A stretch of 63,926 bases of DNA, the filler included, from Octopus bimaculoides (taxonomy: Eukaryota), in NCBI RefSeq assembly GCF_001194135.2. It is 4 parts of 4 records of this genome, joined end to end, with 100 filler letters (N's around TTAATTAATTAA, not from the genome) between each part and the next. Parts side by side here need not be neighbours in the genome. Positions count along the whole stretch, not along the records: positions 1 to 27,699 come from NC_068985.1; positions 27,800 to 37,113 come from NC_068989.1; 2 more parts are not named here. One strand, 5' to 3'. A program made the translations under genes and the position numbers. Positions 23,770-35,040 of this stretch are shown here, piece after piece (position 1 is the stretch's first letter; the number at the start of each line of letters is the position of its first letter). The notes beneath the pieces were generated by a model. It was not told the origin of the DNA. It saw only the letters and a program-made list of their open reading frames with translations, and ran no database searches.

Positions 23770-25690
23770 TTACAATTCATGTTGACAGCAGTATGACAGA
23801 TAAGGTAATTAAAGATATGAAGACAGGGAAGTCCCTGGTCCATCAAGAGTCACTGCTGAGATACTTAAAAATATTTAGTAGAGTAGGATATGGTCTAGTC
23901 ACCTATTTAGTTAATCAGGTTATTCAGGAAGACATAAGCCCCAGTGACTGGTTGACAGCATCAAAATTAAGCTACTACAAGGGCAAGGGAGATGCCTTAG
24001 ATAAAAGTAATTACAGAGGCATCAAATTGCTGGACCAGGAGATGAAAGTTAGAGAGAGTTATTGCCTTATTAATTAGGAACAGAAGTAGACGAGATGAAA
24101 TGTAGTTTGGCTTGTCCAGTGGAGAAGCAATACTGATACTATTTTCAGTCAGAAAGAATTTAGCTAAGAATAAGCCATTGTACTAGGCATTTGTTATCTT
24201 GAGAAAGCCTCTGACAGTGTACCTTGTTCTGTGATATGGTAGTCTTTGAGGAAACTAGGGATAGACAAATGGCTTCGAAAGCTGTATAGGCCACATACAG
24301 GGGTACTAGAGTAAAGGTACGTGTTATCAAGGTTTGCTCCTTGGCCCTTCTAGGCTAGAACTGGAATTTAAGACTAAAAGGCCATGGGAACTACTATATG
24401 CTGATGATCTTGCTCTGTTAGCAAAATCTGTAACAAAATTAGAAAAGAAATTCCAGGTGAGGAAACAAAACCTGGATTCAAAGAGTCTCAAAGTTAACTT
24501 AAAAAGTTCAATGTCCTAGAAAGCAAGAAATTGGACAAGACCCTATCCCATTCAAGTAAATGGCTCTGCTCAATATGTAGAAAAGTTGTAGGCAGGAATT
24601 TCGTTCGGTGTATCAAGTGCAAGCTATGAACACACAAGAGGTGCAGTGGAGTTGAAGGAAAGTTAACAGAAAAAGAAGTTGTGGAAGATGTACAGGGGCC
24701 ATAAATACCACAAATACACAGGAAACTGATTTTCTTAAATGTCCTGGAGGCTCACTGGAAGTAGTAGATAATTTCTGCTATCTAGGTGACCTAATTAGCA
24801 ATGAAAGAAGCAATATACTGAAAGTGTAATTGCTAGAATAAGAATAGGATGGTGAGGTTCAGAGAGCTTTTACCTCTGTTGGCAACCAAAGGTCTCTCAC
24901 TCTCTGAGCAAAAGGAAGATTGTATGATGCATGTCTACAAACTGCAATGTTATATGGCAGTGAGACATGGGCCCTGAATGCAGAAGATGTGATGGCTAAA
25001 GAGAAGAAGCTGGTATGCTCCACTGGATGTGCAATGTCAGTGTACATGTGCAACAGAGAGCTAGTGTATTGAGATATTGCGGCACTCCGTTGGTTACAAC
25101 AACAAGGGTTCCAGTTGATCTGATCAACAGACCAGCCTGCTCATGAAATTAATGTGCAAGTGGCTGAGCACTCCACAGACACGTGTATCCTTAACATAGT
25201 TCTCGGGAAGATCCAGCGTGACAAAGCTGGCCCTTTGAAATACTAGTACAACAGAAACAGGAAGAAAGAGTGAGAGAAAGTTGTGGTGAAAGAGTACAGC
25301 AGGGTTCGCCACCACCCTCTGCCAGAGCCTCATGTGTTTTTGCTCAATAAACACTCACAACGCTCAGTCTGGGAATCAAAACTGTGATCCTACGACCACA
25401 AGTTCACTGCCCTAACCACTGGGCCATTGCACCTCCACGTATTGAGATATAAGTTAGGCATAAGAGGAATTAGATGCAGTGTGGAAGAGAGAAGATAGTA
25501 TTGATTCGATCATGTGATGCATGTGGATGGACAGTGGCATTCAGAAGTACCGATCACTTAAAGTGGATGGAACTTGTGGAAGAGAGAGACCCAGGTAGAC
25601 ATGGGACAAAGTATTGAAGGCTGATCTTAAAAAGCTGAGCCTTACAAAGGACCAAGATATATGGCCCATAGCTGTATTCATTTGAGAGCA
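23770..25690 (+). mobile_element. RTE-clade LINE, decayed RT and C-terminus, split by a SINE
   Basis: DKVIKDMKTGK, YKGKGDALDKSNYRGIKLLDQ, WELLYADDLALLA, then GRLYDAC...GSETWAL. Continues after the SINE at 25451. Confidence 0.85.
25078..25438 (-). mobile_element. Full-length tRNA-derived SINE with 12-bp target-site duplication
   Basis: Head GTGGAGGTGCAATGGCCCAGTGG. TSD GTATTGAGATAT at 25066-25077 and 25439-25450. Same family as 48528-48900. Confidence 0.9.
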
Positions 25691-26094
25691 GAAAGGCACA
25701 TACTACACCCACTAGCTTTCCCAGTTACCTTTACTCCCCTTCCAGTTACATTTTCCCATTGCCTACTGTCTCCACCAATCACCTCCTTTCTGCACCTTCT
25801 CTCCCCTTCCTGTGCTGCTCTCCATACACCTTGCTTCCTGCTATCACCCTCACTGCCTTCACATATCTTCTATATTTCTCTCCATTATTTGCTAGTCACC
25901 CCGCCCAAGCCTCTACATCACTTCACCTATTCTCACCACCCTAATGTTCCTTGAGGGCATGTCCCGACACACCTCTGCTGCTATCTCTTTCACTATCACT
26001 CCCTTTATCTTATTCTCCAACTCAATTTCCTTTGTTTTCCCACTGAGGAATCTATGTATCTACTCTACAGTAAGACACCTATATCTGTCCCCTC

Positions 26095-26320
26095 TATTTC
26101 AAGGTCCTAGTATGCAAGAAATTGGATAGGGCCCTATCCCATTCAGATAAATGGTCCCATTCGATATGTAGAAAAGGTGCAATCAGGAATTCCATTTGGT
26201 ATACCAGGCGCAAGCTTTGGACACAAAGGAGGTGCAGTGGAATAGTATGAAGATTAAGAGAGAAAGAAGACCAAAGATGCACAGGAAACTGACTTCCTCC
26301 AAATATCTAGAAATAGTATA
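26095..26320 (+). mobile_element. Second RTE fragment (Cys-rich post-RT segment)
   Basis: Clear nucleotide similarity to about 24520-24720 (gcaagaaattgga...ccctatcccattca...atatgtagaaaag...gaggtgcagtgga). Confidence 0.7.
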
Positions 26321-26627
26321 TTAAACCTTTGAACTGGCACAAAGCCACATCTCTCAATTCTACTCCCCCAATCCTAGTTGAGGGACTTTTGTCTTGCAAG
26401 GTACTAGATGACCTTTTTGGTGCTGGTGCCATATAAAAAGCACCTGGTGCATTCTGTAAAGTGGTTGGCATTAGGAAGGGTATCCGGCTTTAGAAACCAT
26501 GCCAAAACAGACTATGGAACCTGGTGCAGCCCCTGCCAGCTCTGTCTAACCATCCAACCCATGCCAGCTTGGAAAATAGATGTTAAATCATGATGATACA
26601 CACACACACATTTTAATGTTTGTTATA

Positions 26628-27668
26628 TATGAGGGGAAGTCAAAATTCGAAAAGTTTAAAAGTGGTCGGACAAAGGTGACACACGAAGAAGGAGCAAGAT
26701 GCCTGTCAACCTCCACTACTGACAAGAAGATTCAACAAGCTCAATAGATGGTAATGGTGAACCGGCGATTTATCATCGATTAAGTAGCCCATTCTCTGCA
26801 GATTAGTCATAGTTCTGCCTATCAACTCATCCATGATGAGCTTGGCTTCGATAAAGTCTGTGCAAGACAGGTGCCAAAGGAGCTCACTGCAGAGCACAAG
26901 CGAAAACGTCTTGAGGTCTGCCAACATTTACTCGGTTGCTACAACAATGAGGGCAAGGAATTTTTAGCAGAATAGTTACAGATGAAACATGGTTCCATTA
27001 TCTTGAGGCAGAATCCAAAAGGCAGAGTATGGAGTGGAAACATCCTGGCTTGCCAGCGACAAAGAAATTCAAGACTCAGTCTTTTGCAGGAAAGGTGAAA
27101 CTAACCCTTTTTGGGGGGACTCTAAAGGGCCTATACTGGAAGACTACCTGGAAAAGGGGTGTATGATCAACAGTGCAATTACAGTACTTTGCTGGCCAAC
27201 CAACTGAAGCCAGCAATTCGCACCAAATGCCAAAGCCTATTGTTGAATAAAGTTTTGATGTTGCATGACAATGCATGCCCACACATGGCAGTCCAGACTG
27301 TTGAAACCATTAGCCAATTGGGTTTTGAGATGCTGGAACACCCTGGTGTTTTGAGGTGCTGGAACACTCTGCCTACAGCCCAAATCTTGTCCCTTCCAAC
27401 TATCATATCTTTGGGTTGCTCAAAGATGGTTTACAAGGTCGTCGATTTCCTATGGGTGAAAATGTGAAGGAAGTGGTGCTTAAATAGTTGCATGACCAAC
27501 CAAAACCTTCTTCTTGGAGGGAATATGCAAGCTTGTGGACTGCTGGACCAAGTGCATCAAAAAGGAAGGAGACTATATAGAAAAATGGCGTACTTGTTTA
27601 TCCCCTGCTTTTGTGTAAATACATTGAAAAAACAAGAGTGCATATAATTTTTGACTCTCTCTTGTGTA
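26628..27668 (+). mobile_element. mariner (D,D34D) element, 5'-internally deleted pseudogene
   Basis: TIRs tatgaggggaagtcaaaa (26628) and ttttgactctctcttgtgta (ending 27668). Translation FEKFKSGR...LGFDKVCARQVPKEL...DETW...HDNACPH...YSPNLVPSNYHIF...GDYIEK with stops and frameshifts. Confidence 0.9.
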
Positions 27669-27699
27669 TATATATGTGTATATATATATATATATATAT

Positions 27700-27799
27700 N
27701 NNNNNNNNNNNNNNNNNNNNNNNNNNNNNNNNNNNNNNNNNNNTTAATTAATTAANNNNNNNNNNNNNNNNNNNNNNNNNNNNNNNNNNNNNNNNNNNN
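27700..27799. other. Artificial 100-nt scaffold spacer (44 N + TTAATTAATTAA + 44 N)
   Basis: Identical layout at 37114-37213 and 62522-62621. Confidence 0.95.
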
Positions 27800-27834
<35 letters not shown>

Positions 27835-28429
27835 GTATGTATGTATATATGTATGTATGTATGGATGGATGGATGGATGGATGGATGGATGGATGCCTAC
27901 ATACATATGTACAGAGGAATTAAAGAGATAATCATATGTATTTTTCGTGGATAGATATATGTATATAAATAGGTGTATGTATGTGTGTGTGTGTGTGTGT
28001 GTGTGTATGTACATGCATATGCACATACATACCAATAATAGAGAGCAAGAATGAACGTACGCGAACATATGTTCATATATGCATGCATATAACATGTACA
28101 CTGGCAGCGAGACAAACAGACAAACAGATAAACAGACAGGCAGACAGGAGAGGAAGAAAAAATACAGTAAATTTTATTTATCACTGACTCACTTTCTTTG
28201 CTGCTGCAAGATAAAGATGTTTTTGACGATGATTTTCACAACACGGAACGGGGCACGTAATACAGAACTAATAAAATATTAGCCTTTACAAATGCATTCG
28301 TGAGTACCGAACTTTGTTTGTTTGCGGCTTACGCCCCTGACTTGGATATCAGATAACTACTCATGCTCACATACACCATGATAAACAGCTGATAACCTCA
28401 CATTATATGGTGTTGTGTGTGTGCATGTG

Positions 28430-28479
<50 letters not shown>

Positions 28480-28562
28480 AAGCGAATATACCTTTGTGGA
28501 TAGGTGTATGTGTCTGTGAGTGTGTATAGTATATATAAAACATATATACATATATATATGCC

Positions 28563-28614
<52 letters not shown>

Positions 28615-28892
28615 NNNNNNNNNNNNNNNNNNNNNNNNNNNNNNNNNNNNNNNNNNNNNNNNNNNNNNNNNNNNNNNNNNNNNNNNNNNNNNNNNNNNNN
28701 NNNNNNNNNNNNNNNNNNNNNNNNNNNNNNNNNNNNNNNNNNNNNNNNNNNNNNNNNNNNNNNNNNNNNNNNNNNNNNNNNNNNNNNNNNNNNNNNNNNN
28801 NNNNNNNNNNNNNNNNNNNNNNNNNNNNNNNNNNNNNNNNNNNNNNNNNNNNNNNNNNNNNNNNNNNNNNNNNNNNNNNNNNNNNNNNNNNN

Positions 28893-28961
<69 letters not shown>

Positions 28962-29049
28962 CGTGCGTGCGTGTGTATGCATATGTATGTATGTATGTAT
29001 GAATGTGATCCCTCTGACCGGCATTCGCCATGATAGATCACAAGCCACT

Positions 29050-29190
29050 AAACCTTTTTCTATTTTCTCTCCCTGTTTATTTCTGTGTTCCTGTCTGTCG
29101 AAGAGCATAGGATCGAAAACGTAGCCTAGGCACTTCCCGAGCGTTAAACTAGTACATCTGTTTGTTGTTTACACCACCTGTCTCCGTCTT
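29050..29190 (+). mobile_element. Short PLE-terminus-like repeat with decayed hammerhead (U6 family)
   Basis: CTGTCGA-A-GAGC-ATAG-GATC-GAAAAC-GTA from 29095, followed by ttcccgagcgttaaactagtacatc...acaccacctgtc as in the other two copies. Confidence 0.6.
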
Positions 29191-30617
29191 TAGGAAGAAT
29201 GTTATGCTGTCGGTCACTTACACGATAAGGAAAAGTTTTAACCGGTTTTATATGTCTGAAGTCTTAAGAAAAAAAAACATTCTTATTTTTGTTTTGTAGT
29301 ACATGTAGTCTAGATTTTGTCGGTACGCAGACTGCAACGATGCCATGTGCTCTATTTGTGCTTCCTTCGTGGATAAATATTGTCGGTTTGGAGAAATTGT
29401 TGCCCTAGACAAGACCAGCATAGTTTTGGACAGATCGGATGTATTGTCGATACGCTCATGTTATCTCTGCTGATTAAATATAGTTCCTTTAAGTGTTCTA
29501 TGTAATTTCATTCAGTTCATTTGCTTCTGCTGCTGTATCTTCGTGTGCTGTAAATATTTTGCAGTTTTTGCATGTAGTTCCTATTGCTTTTGCCGTTTGT
29601 AAATGAGGTGTATTTATTTATTTTGTTGAGAGTAATAGTTAGTTGTAATGTGATCTATTATTGCTAATAAAATTGAAAACAGGTCATTTGTTTTGGAGCC
29701 AACTTTCAAGCAGCTGATTATGCAAAAACTGTGTAGTGTATCAGTGAAAGGTATGAGGATATGAATGTAATGTCATATGTGCATAAGTCTGAGTTTGTGC
29801 TGAGAAATGTCTAGCAGGAACGGGCTTTAAAATTTCTTTCCTGAACGGACAAATACTTATGATAATCTATTCAGGAAATTGCATATTCAAGCTATATTGC
29901 TTCTAAACAGATTTGACAACAAAATTCATAACAAACCTTGTATAGCCAAGAATAGAATTAAAAGCTGTTTGATGTCAGTGGTAGTTAAAAATGTTGTTTT
30001 TTTTTTGGGGGGGGGGGGTCAAGGCAGGGCGTTTTTTGTATGCTAAAGCCATTACATATCTTTGGCGTAAGGTTCGTGAATAGCAAAGTGTTTGAGTAAA
30101 GTGGTATTAATCACTGACACAATTTTGCGATAAACTGATATTATACATTAGTGTAAAATGTTTTCCAGTTGGGATTATTAGAATTCGTAGGATGGGTAAT
30201 ACTACTTCGTTTAAATTTTCGTCGGGCTATAAAAGTGTTATGGTGTTTCTTCAATTTATAGAGTTTGAGGATCTTGTTTAATCTGGTAGGAAGAGTTATG
30301 GAAAAGTAAATGTTCTTGAATACAGTACTTCCTTGAATTATGAACTTTAATTGTATGGTAGTGATTTTTTTCAGGCCCTGAAATTTTGGGGGTATTTATT
30401 TATTTATAACTTTTCTGATTGTTTGACATATGAAAAGAGTTGCAGTCGTAGTCTAGGTGGAAGCTATGCAGTTTTCATTTTAAGCGTAAAGAAATTAAAC
30501 GAGTGGTAGAATCAATAAAAGACCAGACGAGCGGTGACTTCTCAATGCGATGAAATAACAGGTCGGCCTGCAGAGATCCACTAATCTCCGAGCTACATAC
30601 TGTCAAATAACGTCTCT

Positions 30618-30840
30618 GGGGTCGTGTGGCTTAGTGATTAGGGTGTTGGACTCATGATCGTAAGATTGTGGTTTCGATTCCTGTACCGGGTGACGTGTTG
30701 TGTTCATGAGCAAAATATTTCATTTCATGTGGCTCTAGTTAACTTAGCTGCGAAAGACCGACGTCCCGTCCATGTAGGGAATTTATACGCCAAGGAAACT
30801 GGAAAACCAGCCCTTATGAGTCTGCATGACTCGAGAAGGT
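30618..30840 (+). mobile_element. tRNA-derived SINE
   Basis: GTGGCTTAGTGATTAGG (A box) ... GGTTTCGATTCC (B box), then gtgttcatgagcaaaatatttc. Confidence 0.7.
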
Positions 30841-31689
30841 AACCTTTACCATTTGTTTTTTTTTTTTACCTAAGTAACGATACACCGGAGGTCCTTCGAG
30901 GAAACCCCGTTTCAGCTTATTGTATTCGCGATTGTACTCCTTTAGTCATTATTTAACATTCATGATCACAAGTGACGAAGAGATGAAAACCGAATGGAGG
31001 ATAGCGAGTTTGCTTTTCTTATCAGCCTTTCCGCTTCTGAAAATTGAATGCTGAAGCTGGCATTTTGCTGTGATACCAACTGCAGTTCTAATATCTAGAT
31101 CAGCCTTCTGCCTTCCATCACACTAGNNNNNNNNNNNNNNNNNNNNNNNNNNNNNNNNNNNNNNNNNNNNNNNNNNNNNNNNNNNNNNNNNNNNNNNNNN
31201 NNNNNNNNNNNNNNNNNNNNNNNNNNNNNNNNNNNNNNNNNNNNNNNNNNNNNNNNNNNNNNNNNNNNNNNNNNNNNNNNNNNNNNNNNNNNNNNNNNNN
31301 NNNNNNNNNNNNNNNNNNNNNNNNNNNNNNNNNNNNNNNNNNNNNNNNNNNNNNNNNNNNNNNNNNNNNNNNNNNNNNNNNNNNNNNNNNNNNNNNNNNN
31401 NNNNNNNNNNNNNNNNNNNNNNNNNNNNNNACGAAGTTAACTTCCAAGTCAATCAGCCCAAGACTATGGTAAAAAAAAAAATTACTAAGAAGCCATGCAG
31501 TCAGATCGAACCCGGAATCATGTAGGAGCAAAGAAGTGAAGTAAAAACCTTAACCAACCATAGAACCATGCATCGTACATGACGTCTAACGACATGAAAC
31601 AGAAATCGAATCTTTAGAATCATAGTGATTTGCCAAAACCGAAATGATTGAAATAGCCATGAAAAAGTTAGAGTAGAGAAACGAACTGG

Positions 31690-31995
31690 CACTCCACCGG
31701 TGTCGACGACGAGTGCTCCAGCTGATCCGATCAACAGAACAGCCTGCTCGAGGAAATAACGTGCAAGTGGCTGAGCAATCCACAGACACTCGTTCACTTA
31801 ACATAGTTCTCAGAGAGATTCAGCATGACACAGAATGTGACAAGACTGCCCCCCTGGAAATACAGATACTACTCATTTTTACCAGCTGAGTGAACAGGTG
31901 CAACGTAAAATAAAATTTATTGCCCAAGGAGACAGCGCGTTGATGGGAATCGAAATCACGTTCTTACCATCATGAGCCAAATATCCTAATCATTA
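31690..31995 (-). mobile_element. SINE, partly decayed
   Basis: 31690-31850 matches the tail of the 25078/48528 family (gtgcaagtggctgagc...cacagacac). 31900-31995 is a tRNA-like head on the minus strand. Confidence 0.65.
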
Positions 31996-32677
31996 AGCCA
32001 TGCACCTTCGCTGAGAAGCAATAAAAGGAAAAGAACATCTCTGGTAGTATATTTCTCTGTACCTGCAAGTATCTCCATCAAATTACATCCTTCTATCTTA
32101 AACGGTAAACGAATCATTGATTAATGTGGTCCTAGATGCATTGTGTATGGAAGTGAAAAGAAAAAAGAAAAGCAGTTTGTAAAAGTTCGGAACGCTTTTG
32201 ACTTTAGATACATAGATTGATAGAGCAGACTCCGAATGCGACAGGAGTGCAGGGACTGGTGTATTGTTACGTAAGGAGACTATTTCGAAGGGGATGGTGT
32301 TAAAATGGTAAATAAGTTATTTTTTATATTAAACATTACCAGCCCAGGAACTTTTTAATACCACCTCTAATAACGTGACATTGATTCAATTTCACCATTG
32401 CAGAGTCATAATAGTAATTGCAGGTCATGCCATTTGCCGAACAATTACAACTGTGTAAAATTGATAAACTCTACAAATAAAAGCTAGTTGTTTAAACGTA
32501 TTTCATATGTCCTTAGAGAAGTGTAAGGTAACTTTTATCGCTTTACCAAAAATACTGCAACGTATAAATTTATAGAGAGAGAGAGAGAAAGAAAGAAGTA
32601 TAGATAGATACATATATGCATACATACTTACATACATACACATATATACATATACAAATACATATCCATATATATAT

Positions 32678-32752
<75 letters not shown>

Positions 32753-33817
32753 CATATTCAAATATGTGTGTGTGTGTNNNNNNNNNNNNNNNNNNNNNNN
32801 NNNNNNNNNNNNNNNNNNNNNNNNNNNNNNNNNNNNNNNNNNNNNNNNNNNNNNNNNNNNNNNNNNNNNNNNNNNNNNNNNNNNNNNNNNNNNNNNNNNN
32901 NNNNNNNNNNNNNNNNNNNNNNNNNNNNNNNNNNNNNNNNNNNNNNNNNNNNNNNNNNNNNNNNNNNNNNNNNNNNNNNNNNNNNNNNNNNNNNNNNNNN
33001 NNNNNNNNNNNNNNNNNNNNNNNNNNNNNNNNNNNNNNNNNNNNNNNNNNNNNNNNNNNNNNNNNNNNNNNNNNNNNNNNNNNNNNNNNNNNNNNNNNNN
33101 NNNNNNNNNNNNNNNNNNNNNNNNNNNNNNNNNNNNNNNNNNNNNNNNNNNNNNNNNNNNNNNNNNNNNNNNNNNNNNNNNNNNNNNNNNNNNNNNNNNN
33201 NNNNNNNNNNNNNNNNNNNNNNNNNNNNNNNNNNNNNNNNNNNNNNNNNNNNNNNNNNNNNNNNNNNNNNNNNNNNNNNNNNNNNNNNNNTATATATATA
33301 TATATGATTATATGTATATATATTATATGCACATCCATATACATACGTGCGCCTGTATGTGTGTGTATCTATGTGTATTTATTTAGTAGGCGATTCCTGC
33401 GGCTAAGTATTATCAATGGCTGAACTACGTAACATCCAACCTCACCAACCTAAGTAAATTTATTATCTCTTCACTAAAACAAATAGAAAATAATTAAACA
33501 ACACACAAAGCAGCTTAAGTTTCTGTAGTTCTTCCATAACCAACAGCACTCCTTTGCAAGTCTGTCAACACAACTAATTTGATGATAATTTTATTATCTC
33601 CGATGTAAAGGCATTTTTCAGAATGCTGTTCCTTTGTTTTCAGAGTCTAAAAATACATCTCCGAATGTTTTCACAGTTCCAGCAGACATAGCGACATAGT
33701 TTCTCTCTTGTAATTATTATCGTATCCATATCAAAAGTGTTAATGTTTGTTTGTTTGTTTAAAACAACTTGGTAATATCTCAGCGAATCTTTTCCAAACT
33801 TTGCATAAAGGTGCAGG

Positions 33818-34257
33818 GGTGGCTGTGTGGTAAGTAACTTGCTTACCAACCACATGGTTTCGGGTGTAGTGCCACTGCATGACACCTTGGGCAAGTGTCT
33901 ACTGCTATAGCTTCGAGCCGACCAAAGACTTGTGAGTGGATCTGGTAAACGGAAATTGAAAGAAGCTCGTCTATATATATATATATATATATATACATNN
34001 NNNNNNNNNNNNNNNNNNNNNNNNNNNNNNNNNNNNNNNNNNNNNNNNNNNNNNNNNNNNNNNNNNNNNNNNNNNNNNNNNNNNNNNNNNNNNNNNNNNN
34101 NNNNNNNNNNNNNNNNNNNNNNNNNNNNNNNNNNNNNNNNNNNNNNNNNNNNNNNNNNNNNNNNNNNNNNNNNNNNNNNNNNNNNNNNNNNNNNNNNNNN
34201 NNNNNNNNNNNNNNNNNNNNNNNNNNNNNNNNNNNNNNNNNNNNNNNNNNNNNNNNN

Positions 34258-34305
<48 letters not shown>

Positions 34306-34530
34306 GTATGTGTGAGTGGGTGTGTATGTATGTATTTGTGTGTCTGTTTGTCCCGCCACCATCGCTTGACAACCGATGTTCGTGTGTATTTGTTCCCGTA
34401 ACTTAGTGGTTCGGCATAAGAGATAGTCAAAGAGACTAGGCTTACAAAGAATATGTCCTGGAATCGATTAGTTCGACTAAAGGTGATGCTCCAGTATGGC
34501 CGCAGTCAAATGACTGAAACAAGTAAAAGT
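33818..34530 (+). mobile_element. tRNA-derived SINE with gapped central microsatellite
   Basis: Head ggtggctgtgtggtaagtaacttgct, core accttgggcaagtgtc, tail gtcaaatgactgaaacaagtaaaag. Confidence 0.85.
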
Positions 34531-34769
34531 GTATATTTGGCATCCGGGTAACGCCAGCTGCCTCGGTGCATTTATGTATGTTCTTCACTTCCTCTTCTTA
34601 ATTTAAAGTAAATTTAGAACGGTCACCTACTTCGTAACAACGCTGAGAAGGAAAGTGTCTTGTTTTAACCATCAACCTGTAAATCGTAAGGTCTTGCAGA
34701 ATTTTATGATTTCAGATATCGTGATCAATTGTAGCGGATTAAGGATATGCATTCTTACCCCAACACCGC

Positions 34770-35040
34770 AAGTTCAGCCATACTTTGCTCCAAATGTGAT
34801 AGTATGCATCTTGTTGCTCCAATAAAAGTAGGTATGAGGCTGAAAGTGTATCTTGGGCACTAGATTTGCAAACTCCTTATCAGTGGCCCATTGATATCTT
34901 CTTTCTCTTGTATTATACATCATATCTAGCACATGCACTGATGCAATGGCGAGACAAGTCACCGAAGCTGTCTGTATTCAGGAATACAATCCCACCCTCA
35001 ACCAGAAATCCGAACGGGGTAACACCCAGATTCAATTCAG
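34770..35040 (+). mobile_element. Probable Penelope-like element GIY-YIG C-terminal fragment
   Basis: ILCSKCDS ... SVAH* ... TCTDAMARQVTEAVCIQEYNPTLNQKSERG resembles the PLE C-x2-C, S-x-A-x-H and R-x2-EA-x-I-x4-P-x-LN motifs. Broken frames. Confidence 0.55.

Noticed and set aside
27748-29124. His/Thr, Tyr/Ile and Cys/Val-rich ORFs
   Set aside because: Translations of (CA)n, (TA)n and (TG)n microsatellites. The same applies at 32-37, 51-53 and 57-63 kb.
30618-30700. tRNA gene (also 14085-14190, 48830-48900, 56955-57000)
   Set aside because: A/B boxes run into SINE bodies, with no complete cloverleaf or terminator.
34718-34760. DIVINCSGL resembling D-amino-acid oxidase
   Set aside because: Similarity stops after nine residues and the frame closes next to PLE-like sequence.
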